The translations under genes and the position numbers were made by a program. DNA of 63,947 nt, counting the filler, from Hyphochytrium catenoides (Eukaryota; Protista; Hyphochytriomycota), in assembly GCA_900088475.1 (NCBI GenBank). It is 8 parts of 8 records of this genome, joined end to end, with 100 filler letters (N's around TTAATTAATTAA, not from the genome) between each part and the next. Parts side by side here need not be neighbours in the genome. Positions count along the whole stretch, not along the records: positions 21,836 to 25,215 come from FLMG01000185.1; positions 25,316 to 44,888 come from FLMG01001615.1; 6 more parts are not named here. One strand, given 5' to 3'. The notes beneath the pieces are model-generated. The model had not been told where the DNA came from. It worked only from the letters and a program-made list of their open reading frames with translations, and did not search any database. Each line of letters begins with the position of its first letter. The first letter of the stretch is position 1. Positions 21,900-34,300 of the stretch are shown in pieces.

Positions 21900-24300
21900 A
21901 GTCTGTTCTTATCCGTCATCTGGGTAGGATCGGATGGTGAGAGCCAAACTTCTCACATCTATCTTTTCCTTATAAGCTCACCGTAGCGACGATCTAATAC
22001 CACCTTCCTGGCTGCTCTAGACCTTAGCGGACCGTCTGGAAGTGAAGATGTCACATGTCACGCCCTGAGCATACCTTTACCTTCAGACTGCAGCAGTTCC
22101 TCACCGCAACCAACAAACGCTCGTGACTCGTTCAGACTCCTCTCTCTATCCCACACATAACTCCTCCTGTCCTCTGCACAAGCTGGCGACGAGTGCTTAC
22201 CAGCTGCGGAGCTTCCTCTCCAGACAGGTCCGCAGAGGATCCGTCAGCGCTCTAGCAGCCAAGGGCTGACGAAGAGAGAGAAGTGATGGCGCAGACCGTC
22301 CTGCCGCACATCAGAATCCAGGGCGTTACAAATCACCTGCAGCAACACAGCAAGACTCCTGGAGGTTGACTGAATGACTTTCAACAGAGATTTTATGAAG
22401 CTCAGTCCTTACTACAGTCGCCAGAGAGACAGAAAGTCACCCTCTGAAGATGGACAGACAGCAGGTGATGATCCCTTGCGATGCTTCTGAATGATTAGCG
22501 CGTGGACAGAGCTGGTCTACGGGCGAGGGAGCTAGGCCAACGGAGCTTCACTGATCAGGTTCACGGGTGGAGCAAGCAAAGGAGCGAGGGATAGACAGAT
22601 AAAGACTTTAGAGAAGACGAAGACCAGGTATGATTGAAGATTGTCATTCTGCAAGTATAAAGGCATCTTCCCTTTACTGGAGACGCAATAGCAGCCCTGG
22701 TGGCGAAGGATGGGGCAACCGTGATACTCTTGAGGTGCCTTCGCAGGGTAAAGGCACGCCCGGGAACTCCTCGAGGCACAGTCACGATAGGCTTTGGCTA
22801 AGTCTCACTCTTGGTCTAAGGCAGTGCCTTCTCTTCGTACTTCCAGACAATCTGAGCGTCGTTATCAGGCTAACGTCCGTGATTAGGGCTATAGATTTTG
22901 TCCTAGGCCAAGAAAGGAACTCAATGGCAAACTTTCTTTGCAGTGGGAAGGGCGCATTTCTGACCATTCCTCATTAAGGCCCTTCATGACGATCGCCCAT
23001 TAAGGTCCATGACCTTGAGACCTGGAACAGTTGAGGCTCCATGTGGTTAAAGTGAAGTCGGGAGGAGGTCTGTGCCCTCAAAAGCAAAACCTCAAGAAGG
23101 CAATGAGCACTCTAGCCTTTTCTATTAATGTCGCATAGAGATGCTGTTGCCCCTCCAATAGTGCTAGAGACTCGTCCAGACGAGGGACGACAATCTCTTC
23201 TCTAATCTGCCTACATTTCCAAGTTCGTCATCTTTCTAGCCACGCCACTCTCCTTATTCAAGCATCGACCTGCTGACTGAACTTTATTGATGGGATATCC
23301 CCTTAGTTGAAGAGAGCTTTCCACTCTTCACCGAAGGATCTTCCTATTGGTTCTGATGTTAAACGTCTTCTGTACCAGCTTCGAGTGGGGAAGTTCAGGG
23401 TATAGAGTCTAAGGCTAGCGTCTAACACTATCAGAGCGCCCGATGGTGTCTCCCTGGGTTCATCTGCAACTCTTGAGGTTCCTTGATAGGCCTTAATAAG
23501 GTAGACTGCACTGGAGTCAGAGGCAACATCGGTCCTTGTCGATCAAAGCGAGAGCGAAAGTGAATCATCATATTCTCCTTAGATAATCGCGACTGAGTAG
23601 CAGCGTTCAAAGCCCATCTGTCCGCTCCTTTGGCATTCTCTCTTTCTCTCTGGCCTTCTCTCTCTTTGGCCTTACAACTCTACAATATCACTCTTTCTTT
23701 CTGGTTGAACCTTTGGATTTGCTCACGATCGAAGAAGTCTGACACTTGTGAGTCTTTTCGGGGCTGTCATCACTGGTGCAATCGCTGTCAGCTTTTTGAT
23801 AAACTCTCTTTTAAAGGTCCGAGAAACATCTGATGAGAAACTGGGAGTGAAAAGAAAGCTCTGTGGGCTCCTCCACCGGCAACAGCAGCAGGATGGAGGG
23901 AAGTTTTGAAGCTAAGAAAGAAGAGAAGTATTGATGAATAAGGTTGAAGGAACGAGAAAGGTTTTTCGGAAGGACCGCCAATACGTGCTGCTGCTTTCAA
24001 GAAGAGTCTGCTAGAGTCACCATGAGCTGCTCGACCACTGGCAGAGAAATTCTTGCACAGAATGCTTTCATGAGGATTGTAGCTCTCAGGAGGTTGAAGA
24101 TCAAGGAGTAACAGCTTGGTGGTTGCGAATAGCGGCCACCGTGAAGCCGTCCGTCATTCTATCCAGAGAAGGTGTCAGTGATGCGGTTGCTGCTGCCACC
24201 ACTTCCTCACAATTCACACCCCAACAAGCCTCCTTGATGGCGTTGGAGGCGCGCCCAACAACACTGCTAATAGCTCGGAGCCCCTTCTCCTTCAAGCTCA
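21900..24300 (-). mobile_element. Degenerate coding relic, possibly a tyrosine-recombinase (Crypton/DIRS-like) element
   Basis: Stop- and frameshift-riddled minus-strand fragments in plausible YR order: LYATLIEKARVLIAFLRF, EMRPSHC (~22957), GLRHHF (~22297), GKHS...RRSYVW (~22160). Confidence 0.28.
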
Positions 24301-26150
24301 CATCAGTCCTTATCCACGTGCACTACTAAGAATCTTTGTCGTTACAGCTCCTCAACGTCTACACGTCCTTGTTCCTCATGCTTTTATAAGGTAGCCCGCA
24401 CTACTACTTGTTGGTCAAGCTCAGCCGGCGGCCTTCCTTCCTCGTCTGGCCTTTGCTTGTGACAGGTGACAGCAGCAAAGCAGCAGTTGCTATGAGGCTA
24501 TGAGTTGAGTAGTCCCAGCAGACTGTAGCTAATGGTAGTTAGTAGAACTACTCGGATAGCTAGTAGGAAAAGGCTCGGCAGCAGCCGGCCGCACCTGCAA
24601 CTTCTGCTACTGTTTTACACAGTGTGGGTCTGGTGGTCGGGGACAAAGAGAAGAGGCGGAGCTCTCCACCTTAGGTCAAGACGTCACACGGCTAAGGAAT
24701 GGCTAGTCTTCATGCCCAAGGGTTGTCCTTGCAATGGCTTTGTGTACAGTTTTATGCCAGAGCGGACAAAGATTGGGAACTCCGCCTGCTGGTTTCTGTG
24801 GCGGGTACTACTCTGTCCCTGTTCCTCTCCTTTCAAAAGTAGTTCTCAAGTTCTACTACGTAGCCTCCCACCCACGTCCATCTCTTCTCTTTGGCTCTTA
24901 CTCCCTCTCTGTTCTATGTCCACTTCCTTCTTGACATCTCTTTTTCCTCCCAGTCATCCAGGCTCCTTCCACAGCTTTCCAGAAGTTCCCTCTTTCCTCA
25001 GAAGTAGAAGCGAGTAAAGAAGAGGGAAAACAAAGGAGGTTTGATCTCACTCGATGAGCCGCTGTCTCTCTCTCTTTTCCTCTCTCTTAAACTCTCTCTA
25101 TCTCTTCATACTATCTCCCTGTCTTTGACTTCGCCCTAATGGCTCTCTGTTTCTCATGAATGAGAAAGTTCTATCTTAGTTTCCTCATCCTCTCTCGCCT
25201 TCCAGTGCTTATGTTNNNNNNNNNNNNNNNNNNNNNNNNNNNNNNNNNNNNNNNNNNNNTTAATTAATTAANNNNNNNNNNNNNNNNNNNNNNNNNNNNN
25301 NNNNNNNNNNNNNNNCCTCAGCTTGCGTCCCGCGTCTGGCGGCCCTTCGCCTGGGCGCCGCTGACGCCGTTCTTGCTTGTGGGTTCTCCCCACCGCCAGC
25401 AGCAGCTACTCCGCGGCCTCGAGCTGCTGGCCGCCGTTGTCTGCTGCCTCTTCTGGTTTGCACCATCCTTCTCCTGCTATCTTTTCCACTTCTCGTCTCC
25501 TCCTCTCGCTCGTCCGCTCCTTGCTAGGTCCGCTAGCCAGGCTTCCAGTTGCGAAAAACGAGAGGTAAAGCTCAAGCTACCATGTAGTAGTATTATATGG
25601 GTCAGATGTCTGAGACTTGTCTGGTGACGGGGAAATTACTAAGTGATATCAACAAGCTTATACGATACAGTACTTGGTATTGGAGAGCCTGAATGGTCCT
25701 GAGGCTCCCAGAGACTTGGGATGGATGGGTGAAGGCGTTGTTGGCTGGGTAGGGGAACGTAGTTCACCACAGTGAGAAGAGACAGAAAAGCCGGAGATTT
25801 ATTTCCTCAGCTTCCGTGAGATGACGAATTTCGGATCCCAGGCAATCATTCTCAGTAAATATCGTGAGACCGAGCCGAGAGCCTACTAATTTCGTAAGAA
25901 GGTTACCTCCTCTCTAGTGGCTCGACATTCCCACTACTTGGAGCCAGAGTTGGGTGAGATGGCCATGACACAAAATTTCTAGGGGCAAATGCAAGAGACA
26001 GAGTCAACACTAGATATAGAAGCCGAACGTAGTGGCTCTTGTGCTCTAGTTTCGGGAGGCGTTGGCGTGAGAAAGGCAGGAGAGGAAAGAAATACGTCCT
26101 TTGATGTGTCTGTTACTCGTACGGACTCACTGCCATCTCGAGCCCCTTCC

Positions 26151-26866
26151 TTATGCAGCAGTCCGATGAGTATCCTTATACAAGTAACTGTTCGCCGTCC
26201 GGTGGGTGGAGCCGGTAGTCCGAGTCATGCAATAAGCTGAGATGTCAAACCAGAAGATTTCGACAAGATCACCTGCTGGTTCGTCGAGAGCTGCTCTTAG
26301 GGATTGAGTATCCCATGGAACTTCATCTCCTTCTGTGTTTATTATCACAACAGGTGGGCTCAGTTGTAGTTCTTGAGTGTTGGGTGGTACTCTCTGCAGC
26401 AGTAATGGTGGGGTTGTTAATAAAATAGGAGTGATGATCCTTATTACGTAGTGAGGTGTGCGGAGGGTGGTTACTTACTTTGTAGAGTTTGCGGACAAAC
26501 TTGAGGTGATGTAGTAGGGTTCCTTCTAGTGTGACAGGAAGGTTGAAGAATGTTCCGCGTGTGGTGGCCGCGGCATTTTGCCACCCAGTCATGAAAAAAA
26601 GAGGGGTGCGTCTGTATAGCTTCTCGAAGGTAGGATATGTAGGGTTGGAAATCGCTGTGAGAGATGGTCCGTTTTTGTTTGTCTAGAAAGGGTGTATCAG
26701 TAATAACTATGACAGCTCTTCTTCTGATTTCCGGGGACGGCTCGTCTACGGTACGGAAAATCTCAAGAGGTTTAGGATTCTGAAGTGTATTCCTCTTGAG
26801 CAGTTGGACCCTTCGCTTGTTGCTTTCGTCGCGGGCGGCTGTCGAGCTTGATGATGGTGATGGCAT
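26151..26866 (-). pseudogene. Frameshifted orphan ORF (three overlapping minus-strand ORFs)
   Basis: MPSPSSSS...QTHPSFF continues as MTGWQN... across the A7 run at 26594-26600, then as IINTEGDEVPWD... after a second shift near 26350. Confidence 0.4.
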
Positions 26867-28747
26867 TGTGGTTGGTATTTCACCTCCTCCTCCTTCTTCT
26901 TCTCCCGTTAATATTACTGAGGAGATCAACTATGAATCTTCCTTCACTAATGATGGTGAGTGTGGAGGCGGTCGAGCGGAGGTCGAGACCAAGGCGTTAT
27001 AGCTTCTCTTCTTCTCTTCTCTTCTTCTTCTTCTTCCTCTTCTTCAGCTTCTCCTTCTTCTTCTTCTCCTTCTTTCTTCATCTTCTTCTTCTACTGCTTC
27101 TTACTTATAGTAAGGTTAGTAGTAGCTATCATCCCTATCAATTCTTATAAAATGATTTCTTTTCTTCATCAAACAAAATAAAGAGGAAGAAAGAGAAGAG
27201 AAGAGGAAACGTTGTACACTAGAAGAGAGGCTTGGTTGCAATGGTAGTATGCAGATACTCTAAGTGTGTGTTAGACTCTTTTTTGGAACAGCATTGGTGC
27301 TCCAAAGCCAAGGCTGGTGGCGCAAAGTCGTCCACCACGTGCCAGAAGACCCCCGGCGCGCGCCACCTTTCTTATCCAAAGCTCCATAAGCTGGATAGAA
27401 ACTCCAACAAAACACAATATCGAGTATAGAAGATGTTGATCCTATAACTCTTTTATGGTTCATAGTTCCATCCAGAGCATTCAATTTCTTCGCTGCTGCT
27501 AGCATTCAGTGAAGCTGTATCAGATGCACTCCTTATAAACCCCTTGTGGCTCCAATGGAGGATAATAGAACATAAAAACTAGTTCTTTCTACAGCTATGA
27601 TGGGGGTGGCTGTTATACCAAACACGACTCCCTATCATCGCAGCTCCTCCAAGCTGGTTCTTTTGAATAGCAGGGACAAAACCTGGCATTAGGGGCAATC
27701 TCTTGGCCAGCATCAGCAGGGCATTCTGACCCTGCAGATGAACGGAAACATGACAGTACATGAGGAGATTATCAGTGTAATACGTGCTTAGCAAAGACGA
27801 ACCTGGTGCCTACGCTTCAGCTATGGAGGATTGGGGCGAGAAGAAGAGTCTTCTTTACGGTCAAAGTTATAGGAAAAAGTGTTGCCGCGGGCCTTCTAAC
27901 TAGGTGGCTCTCTTCGCCTTTCGCCTTCCCCTCTTCCTCGTTCGATTATAATCCACCAGCTACGTTTCAGTGGCTACCGTGCTTTTCTCTTGCTGTTCTG
28001 ACGATATCCTAATACCTGACATACAATAGTAGTACATCTTCATCTCCAGCCTGAGATCAGTCTCGAGTGGAAGATGAGGAAAGCTCTCTTCCTTGTCACG
28101 GAAAGATTATGAGGATGTACTTTATTGAGGAAGATTGACAGTGCTAACAACCGTCATCGCCAGCTGCTACATAAACTCAATAAGAAGTGACTTCAATGCA
28201 ATAAGCAGTCTGCACTAAGAAAGGCTTTGACTGCACATTCCATTGCATCCTCATGAAGTGTGAAAAAGTGAATGGGGTTGGCACTACAGCAGAAACGTTG
28301 GTGCTCGAGGAGCCGAGAGGAAGACTAACCAAAAGACTCAGAGACGGAATCAATGATGAGGGGATGATTGGACCTAGCATTTGGCCGTATCTCTTGTTAG
28401 CGATGTTAATGGACAAATGTTTATGCCATCGTCCAGCAGGGCAAGCTGATTCCTGCGACATATCTCCTTTGAACGCCTGGGTATTGCCGCACAGGAGAAA
28501 GAGAGTCGTAACACTTCTTATAACTCTCTTCTTGTCAATACTATCATAGTCCTTAGCTCGCGACATCCTGTCTACAGGTGGTGAGGAGCAGCGGAAGGTT
28601 GAAATGCCAGCTTTTGAGGAGCGCATGCCACCTCTATCGAGAAGCGCCACGGAGAGGAGCAGGAAGATGGCAGGAAAGGAACTGAGCCTCACGGCGGTTA
28701 GGTGGAGACGCCGCTTAAGTCAACCACTATAAGAAGGCCCATCGCGC

Positions 28748-29829
28748 CTAGAGTTTGGTAGGAAGAAGAGGCTCTCTGACGTCCGAAGGCGTCCTATAAA
28801 GAATATAGTGCTGAACCATAAAGATGACGTCAAAGAACATCCCGATATTTCCCAGTAGGAGCTTGACCGGATTGCCAGTTACCGCAGACCAGTCATGCTT
28901 TACACCCGCGTCCAATAAGAGTTGAGTGACCGAGAGAATGCCTCCTGTGAAGTCCAACAGAACATTCCAAATGTTCCAACCCACTGTTGACTTGCGCTCA
29001 TAGTTGAGATAAGCCTGAGGAATATACTTGATCAGCGTCACAAGAACCTTAACGTATGACACGAAGTAAAGCCAGTTCAGGTACGTGAGCCAGTCGGCTT
29101 GGCCCCAGTGAAAGTGCACGGCCAGTCCGAAGACCACAGCAAGCGACACCGCCCCAATCACGAAGCTTAAGCAAGCGTTAGAGAACCACTGCTGTCCACG
29201 CTCGTAGGTCAAGCACTGCCATAAGGTTAGCAGGGTGATAGCCACTGCATGCAGACTAAAGAAAACATCATTCGGCTGCACAGCATTCCGATGCCCGTGG
29301 TGAGCTTTCTTATACTCTTCCTGCGCCACAGGGTCCCAGTAAAAGGCGCAGTTGAAGAAGCTATACGCCACAAACCCGAGAAGGTTGTACCTGGGTCACC
29401 ATAGAGGTAAAAGAGTCAGGGAAAGGCAAGGAAGGGACGATAGGTGGACAGGGCATCCCCAATAGAAAGTTAGCGTACTCACAGCTCAAAGTCAAAGGAA
29501 AGCCCAACGACGCTGCAGCGTTTCCAGTTTAGATAAACCTGAGGGTAGAAGCTGATGCTCCATGCCATGAAGTAGATCCATCCTGCAAGTGGCAGTGTCA
29601 TAAACAACAAGAAGATATGATGTCAGCCGGTCGCGAAAGCTCCACCCCTCGTAAGCAAATAACCCGTACCGATCGTGGAGGATAGATAGTTGTAGGGACG
29701 CGGGAGGCTATTCTGATGAGCATAGATGCCTCCAAGTACGCACCCTACGACCACTACAGCTATGGCCCCGTAAGGAGGGTAGGTCAGGACCTTCTCCAAC
29801 CGAAGGGCCAACCTAGACGCTGGTGGCAT
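28748..29829 (-). CDS. CTNS: Cystinosin-like PQ-loop lysosomal cystine transporter (300 aa)
   Basis: Exons 29829-29670, 29582-29483 and 29390-28748 join in frame at GT-AG. Motifs [81 protein letters not shown]. Confidence 0.95.
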
Positions 29830-30096
29830 GATGCCAGCCGATGCTAAACTTTCAAATGTTGAAGCTTTTTTTAAGTGCCTGTCTTCCTACCAAGGACCCA
29901 CCAGATAGCGCTAGTGCTGGAGAGCTCAGGAAGGCGAGTCCGGGAAGATAAGGGCTCGTTCTTATCACTGTGCTGACAGCAGCAGTAGCCTCGAAGCTTC
30001 ACCTGTCCTTGGATTCTTTCTTCTTCATCATCATCGGCGATGTTCGAGAAAGCTCTTGTCTGACAGCTTCACACTTGGGAAGACACTCATCCCTGA

Positions 30097-30150
30097 GCTC
30101 GGGTTATTCTCTAATTCGGGTTAACCCGGGACTGAATAGGCTCGGGTTAA
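30097..30150. promoter_or_regulatory. Three TCGGGTTA motifs including the palindrome CGGGTTAACCCG in a divergent intergenic region
   Basis: Copies at ~30099, ~30116 and ~30142, between cystinosin (-) and the EF-hand gene (+). Confidence 0.35.
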
Positions 30151-30519
30151 TGCTGCATGTAACTCCCTTTCTTGTTTCTTTCGAACCACACGATATTCAG
30201 TCCTTTCTCTTAGCGTCTGAATCCCCTAGGAGCCTCCTAGCGGGCTGGGGGATGAAGCTAAGGACACACCAGAAACTTACAATTCTGGGGAAAGTTTTGG
30301 CTGAACCGGTTCTGGTTGAAGCTGCCAAGGGTCAAAGGAGAGGTTGGGGAGGGAGATGACTAACAAACATTCAACAGTGGAAAGAGATGGACCCGGCGTA
30401 TCTATGAGCGCTATGGGTATCAATATTTAGAAGACTTTCGAAAGGCGGTGTAGGTTTAGGATGCAGGTCAGAATCATGATGTGAAGGTTTTGCACTTTGA
30501 TGGGGTGGAGGAGGAAAGG

Positions 30520-30629
30520 GGGAGAGAGAGAGAGAGACAGAGAGAGAGACAGAGAGACTGTGAGAGAGAGAGAGAGGGAGAGAGAGAAGGAGAGGGAGAG
30601 GGAGAGAGAGAAGGAGAGAGAGAGGGAGG

Positions 30630-30679
<50 letters not shown>

Positions 30680-30690
30680 GAGAGAAAGAG
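30520..30690. repeat. (GA)n microsatellite, representative of dozens across 30-64 kb
   Basis: Long imperfect GA run; such runs explain the many ERER/SLSL spurious ORFs. Confidence 0.95.
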
Positions 30691-31168
30691 AAGTTGAGAG
30701 AGACGTAGATGAAGATAAAGAGGCAGATGGAGATGCAGATGGAAAGGGGAAACTTTGAGCAAGAGGGTGTCCTTCTTGGTCGGGAACAGACAAGAACGAA
30801 GCTCCGCGTACAGAGGGAACCATCGCATTTAAAGACATATCTGTCGGCACCACTTCCTGGCTAAGTGGACAGAGGGAGAGAGACAACAGGCGTCATTGAA
30901 GCTCGAGGCAGCTGGTCTCCTTCACTGCTATTGTCCGTTGCGCTGGCGCTACGCCGTTGCTGTGAGCTCTCGAAGGTCTTCAGGTCTGGCCTTTAGCATC
31001 TGTGGCAGTGGCTGGTAAAGAGCTTCCCAGGTGCTGCTGTCTTGCTGTTAATACAGTGTGACCGTCGACAGAGCAGGCGAGCAAACTCCTGCCCTGTAGA
31101 GGGACTCCTACTCTGCAGGTTGACGAGAGAATACATTGCAGTCGAAGTAGGACTCTCTCTTACTCTCT

Positions 31169-31212
<44 letters not shown>

Positions 31213-31335
31213 TTGTTCTCCGTGTTGCTATCAATTCTGCATCTCCCTACCACCCTCGGTCTCTCTATGACTCTTTATACCGCTCTATTCTCAAGCTTAT
31301 CCCGTCACCCTCACCGCAGGACAGCTTAAGGCAAT

Positions 31336-34300
31336 ATGAGCAGTGCCATAAGGAAGACAAAGGATAAGGCGGACAAACGAAGAGGAGAAGAGGAGATGGG
31401 AGGAGAGAGTCCAGTTGAGAGTGACGGCGAGACGGGCAAAGTGCATCATCATTATCATGAGAAGAAGCCGAAGATGAAGCATAAAGATGGGATGAAGGAG
31501 GAACCGAAAGAGAAAGAGAGAAGACAAGAGAGACAAGAGGAAGAAGACCTTCTCCCTTCCTACCAGGAAGCCAAAACTAAAGCCAAAGTTCGACCCTCTT
31601 CCCCTGGGGAGAGAGGAGAGAAAGGAAAGAGAGAGGCTTCATCTAGTCCCAGCAACAAAGGGAAGAAGATGGAAGAGCAGTCACGGGAGATGACGAAGAC
31701 TAAAGATGCCCATAGCAGCGCTTCAGAGAAAGGAGAAGGCAAGAAAGGTCCGAAGAAGATGAGGAGGAGAGACTCCACTATGGGAATAACGATGATTCAG
31801 TCTTCTGAGGAAGGTGAAGACCTTCAGAGCGCGACTGAGGGAGAAAAGGAAGGCGCAGGCTTAGACGGGAAGAAGATGATTAGAAGGAGAGACTCCACGA
31901 TGGGAACGTCAATGTTGAAGGTCAAAGAGGAAGGAAAGAGGAAGGAGAAAGAAGACTTGGAGGATAGACGGACACGCGTCGAAGAAGGGAAGGTGCGCAA
32001 GCAGGACAAAGGACCAGAAGAGAAGACGTCTCCCGCTAAAGGGGAAGAGCCCCCAAAGCCGCCTAGGAAACACTCGCGCTTAGATTCCTCCTTCGGTGCT
32101 GAGGGCCTGTTAAAAGCAGGCGGAAGGCTGGCATCGCCAAGGCCAAAAGATAACACCGAGTCTTCCCCTTCGTCTCCCTCATCTCCTACGCGTGGCGCTG
32201 TTAGGGGAGAAGGCACATCCAACTCTCCTCAGGCATCCTCTGTCAACCAAGAGAATCACCCTCTGAAAGCTTCTCCTTCTAAAGAGCAGGAGAAGAAGAA
32301 GGAACAGACAAAGGAAGAAGGGAAAAGAACAGAGGAGAAGAACCCTCCGGCCATTGAAAGGCTGCAGCTTCCCACATCCCGCACCTCTTCTACTTCCTCT
32401 TCCACTCCGCGGCTCACCCGCAGGAGCCACCTCCAGCTGTCGCCCCAGGAGGACTTCGCGCGAAGAGTTCAGGTTATTTGTGAGAGGAAGGGCCTAAACG
32501 GTGAGAATGGTCTTTTGCTGTCTCCACGTTGTGCAGTTGCCTTTCCGTTCTCAGTGCTTTGTGCCTCTTCTTCGGCTTCCGCTGCTGGCTGTACATCCAT
32601 TCGTCGCTTCTCTCTCTGCTTCTCTTTCTCGCTCTCTGCTATTCTTATTCTTCGATTGGCCTTTCCTTCCCCACTCTCTCTCTCTCTCTCTTGCTTCAGA
32701 CTTTCTTTCTATGTGCCTTCGTCTCCTTTTTCTCTCTCGCTCCTTGCGCTAGGTGTCTAGTTATCTCCGTTATCGTCTAAGAACTTGTCGTCTTTGCCCT
32801 GCTCTTCCATACTATCAGAAGCGACATTCCACGAGTTGTTCATGGCTGATAACGGACAATACCTTCTATCAAAGGACCAGTTCCTCTCTGCCCTCACAGA
32901 GCTTGACATCTGGGAGCTAAATGAGGAAGTGGAGGTACCCTCTTTGTCTCTCCTTTCTCTTTCTCTCTCTCTCTCTCTCTCGTGTCCTAGGCATCTGTCA
33001 CTTTCTTTGACTTGCTCCACGTCTCACTTTCTTCACAGACGCTAATGCGGGAAATGACTGACTCCGGAGGAAATGTCCGCGCGCGGGAATTCTTTAACCG
33101 TTTGAAGCTTTGGTTCTGGCCATCAGAGCCGCAGAAGCCAGCGTCTCAGCATGTTAGCGGAGCAGCTGTCACAGGGAAGAAAGGACAAGGAGTGGGAAAG
33201 CTGATGGAAGGCGCAAGCGCGGAGGTCTCAAAGACAGAGTTAGAGCAGCTTAAGAAAGAAATGAAGGTACATACACGTCTGGGTCTCTCTCTCCATCTCT
33301 TTCCGACGAACCTTTTCTTTCTGGCTTATGCCTGCCCCCGATTCCCTTAGGCCTTTCCCTTCTCTTTGTATCGCTACCCTTGTCTGCTCTAAACCTTCTC
33401 CCACCTCACTGTTTCTACTCTTTGTCAGCTCCTTCTGGAAGAGCAGCGACACCTGAAGGCCAGTCTGACGGCTGTGACGTCGCCTCTGGCGGCTGAGAAA
33501 AAAAGAGCTTTCTCTCCATCTTCTCCCGCAGACGAAAGCTCCAAAAGACACTCTCCTGCTCCTTCGAAACCCATAGCCGAGTACCTCCTGCCATTAGAGG
33601 AGAGAAGATTCAGATGGGCCGTGAAAGAAGGAGGAAGGTACGAACATAGCCCCAGCCTTTTCTTGGTCCATTCCTGTCATAAAAACCTCAACTCCGTGTT
33701 CTAACGGCCTTCTTGCTCTCTCTCTCTCTCTCTCTCTCTCCGTGTCTCCTTCTCTGTCTCTCTCTCTTTGTCTCCTTCGTCTCTCTTTGTCTCTCTCCCT
33801 CTCTCTTCTCACAGAGAGGGATTGGAGCTGCTTCAGGTACGTCATTGACGCATCCACAGTTTGGCACAACGTGAGAGAAAGGGAAACTCACTTTTACCGA
33901 TCTGCCGCTTTCTTCCTTTCTCCCAAACATTAGCGCTGGCTAAGCCGTCTGGACACGTCGGAGAAGAAACAAGGTCTTGTAGGGAATAATGCGCTCGTCC
34001 ATGCACTGAAGGTAAGCGCCATCTTTTGCTCTCACTCTTTCTCTCTCTATCTCCCTCTCTTTCTCTCTAGCTGCTCCAAAAAGCTTTCTGTCCTTCTCCT
34101 TCTCTTCTCCTCTGCACTCTCATCTCAGCTTCTCTTTTATTACGTTCTCTCCTTTACGTTTTGTCTCTTTCTTTCGCGCTCGGCGCAAATCTCCGCTCTT
34201 ACTATCGTTATCTATATCTTCTCAATCGTACGTGCCCTCTCTTCCTTGTTCTCGTCCTACCTCGCTTGCCATACGTAATTCCTCTCTTTCTTCCCCTCAA

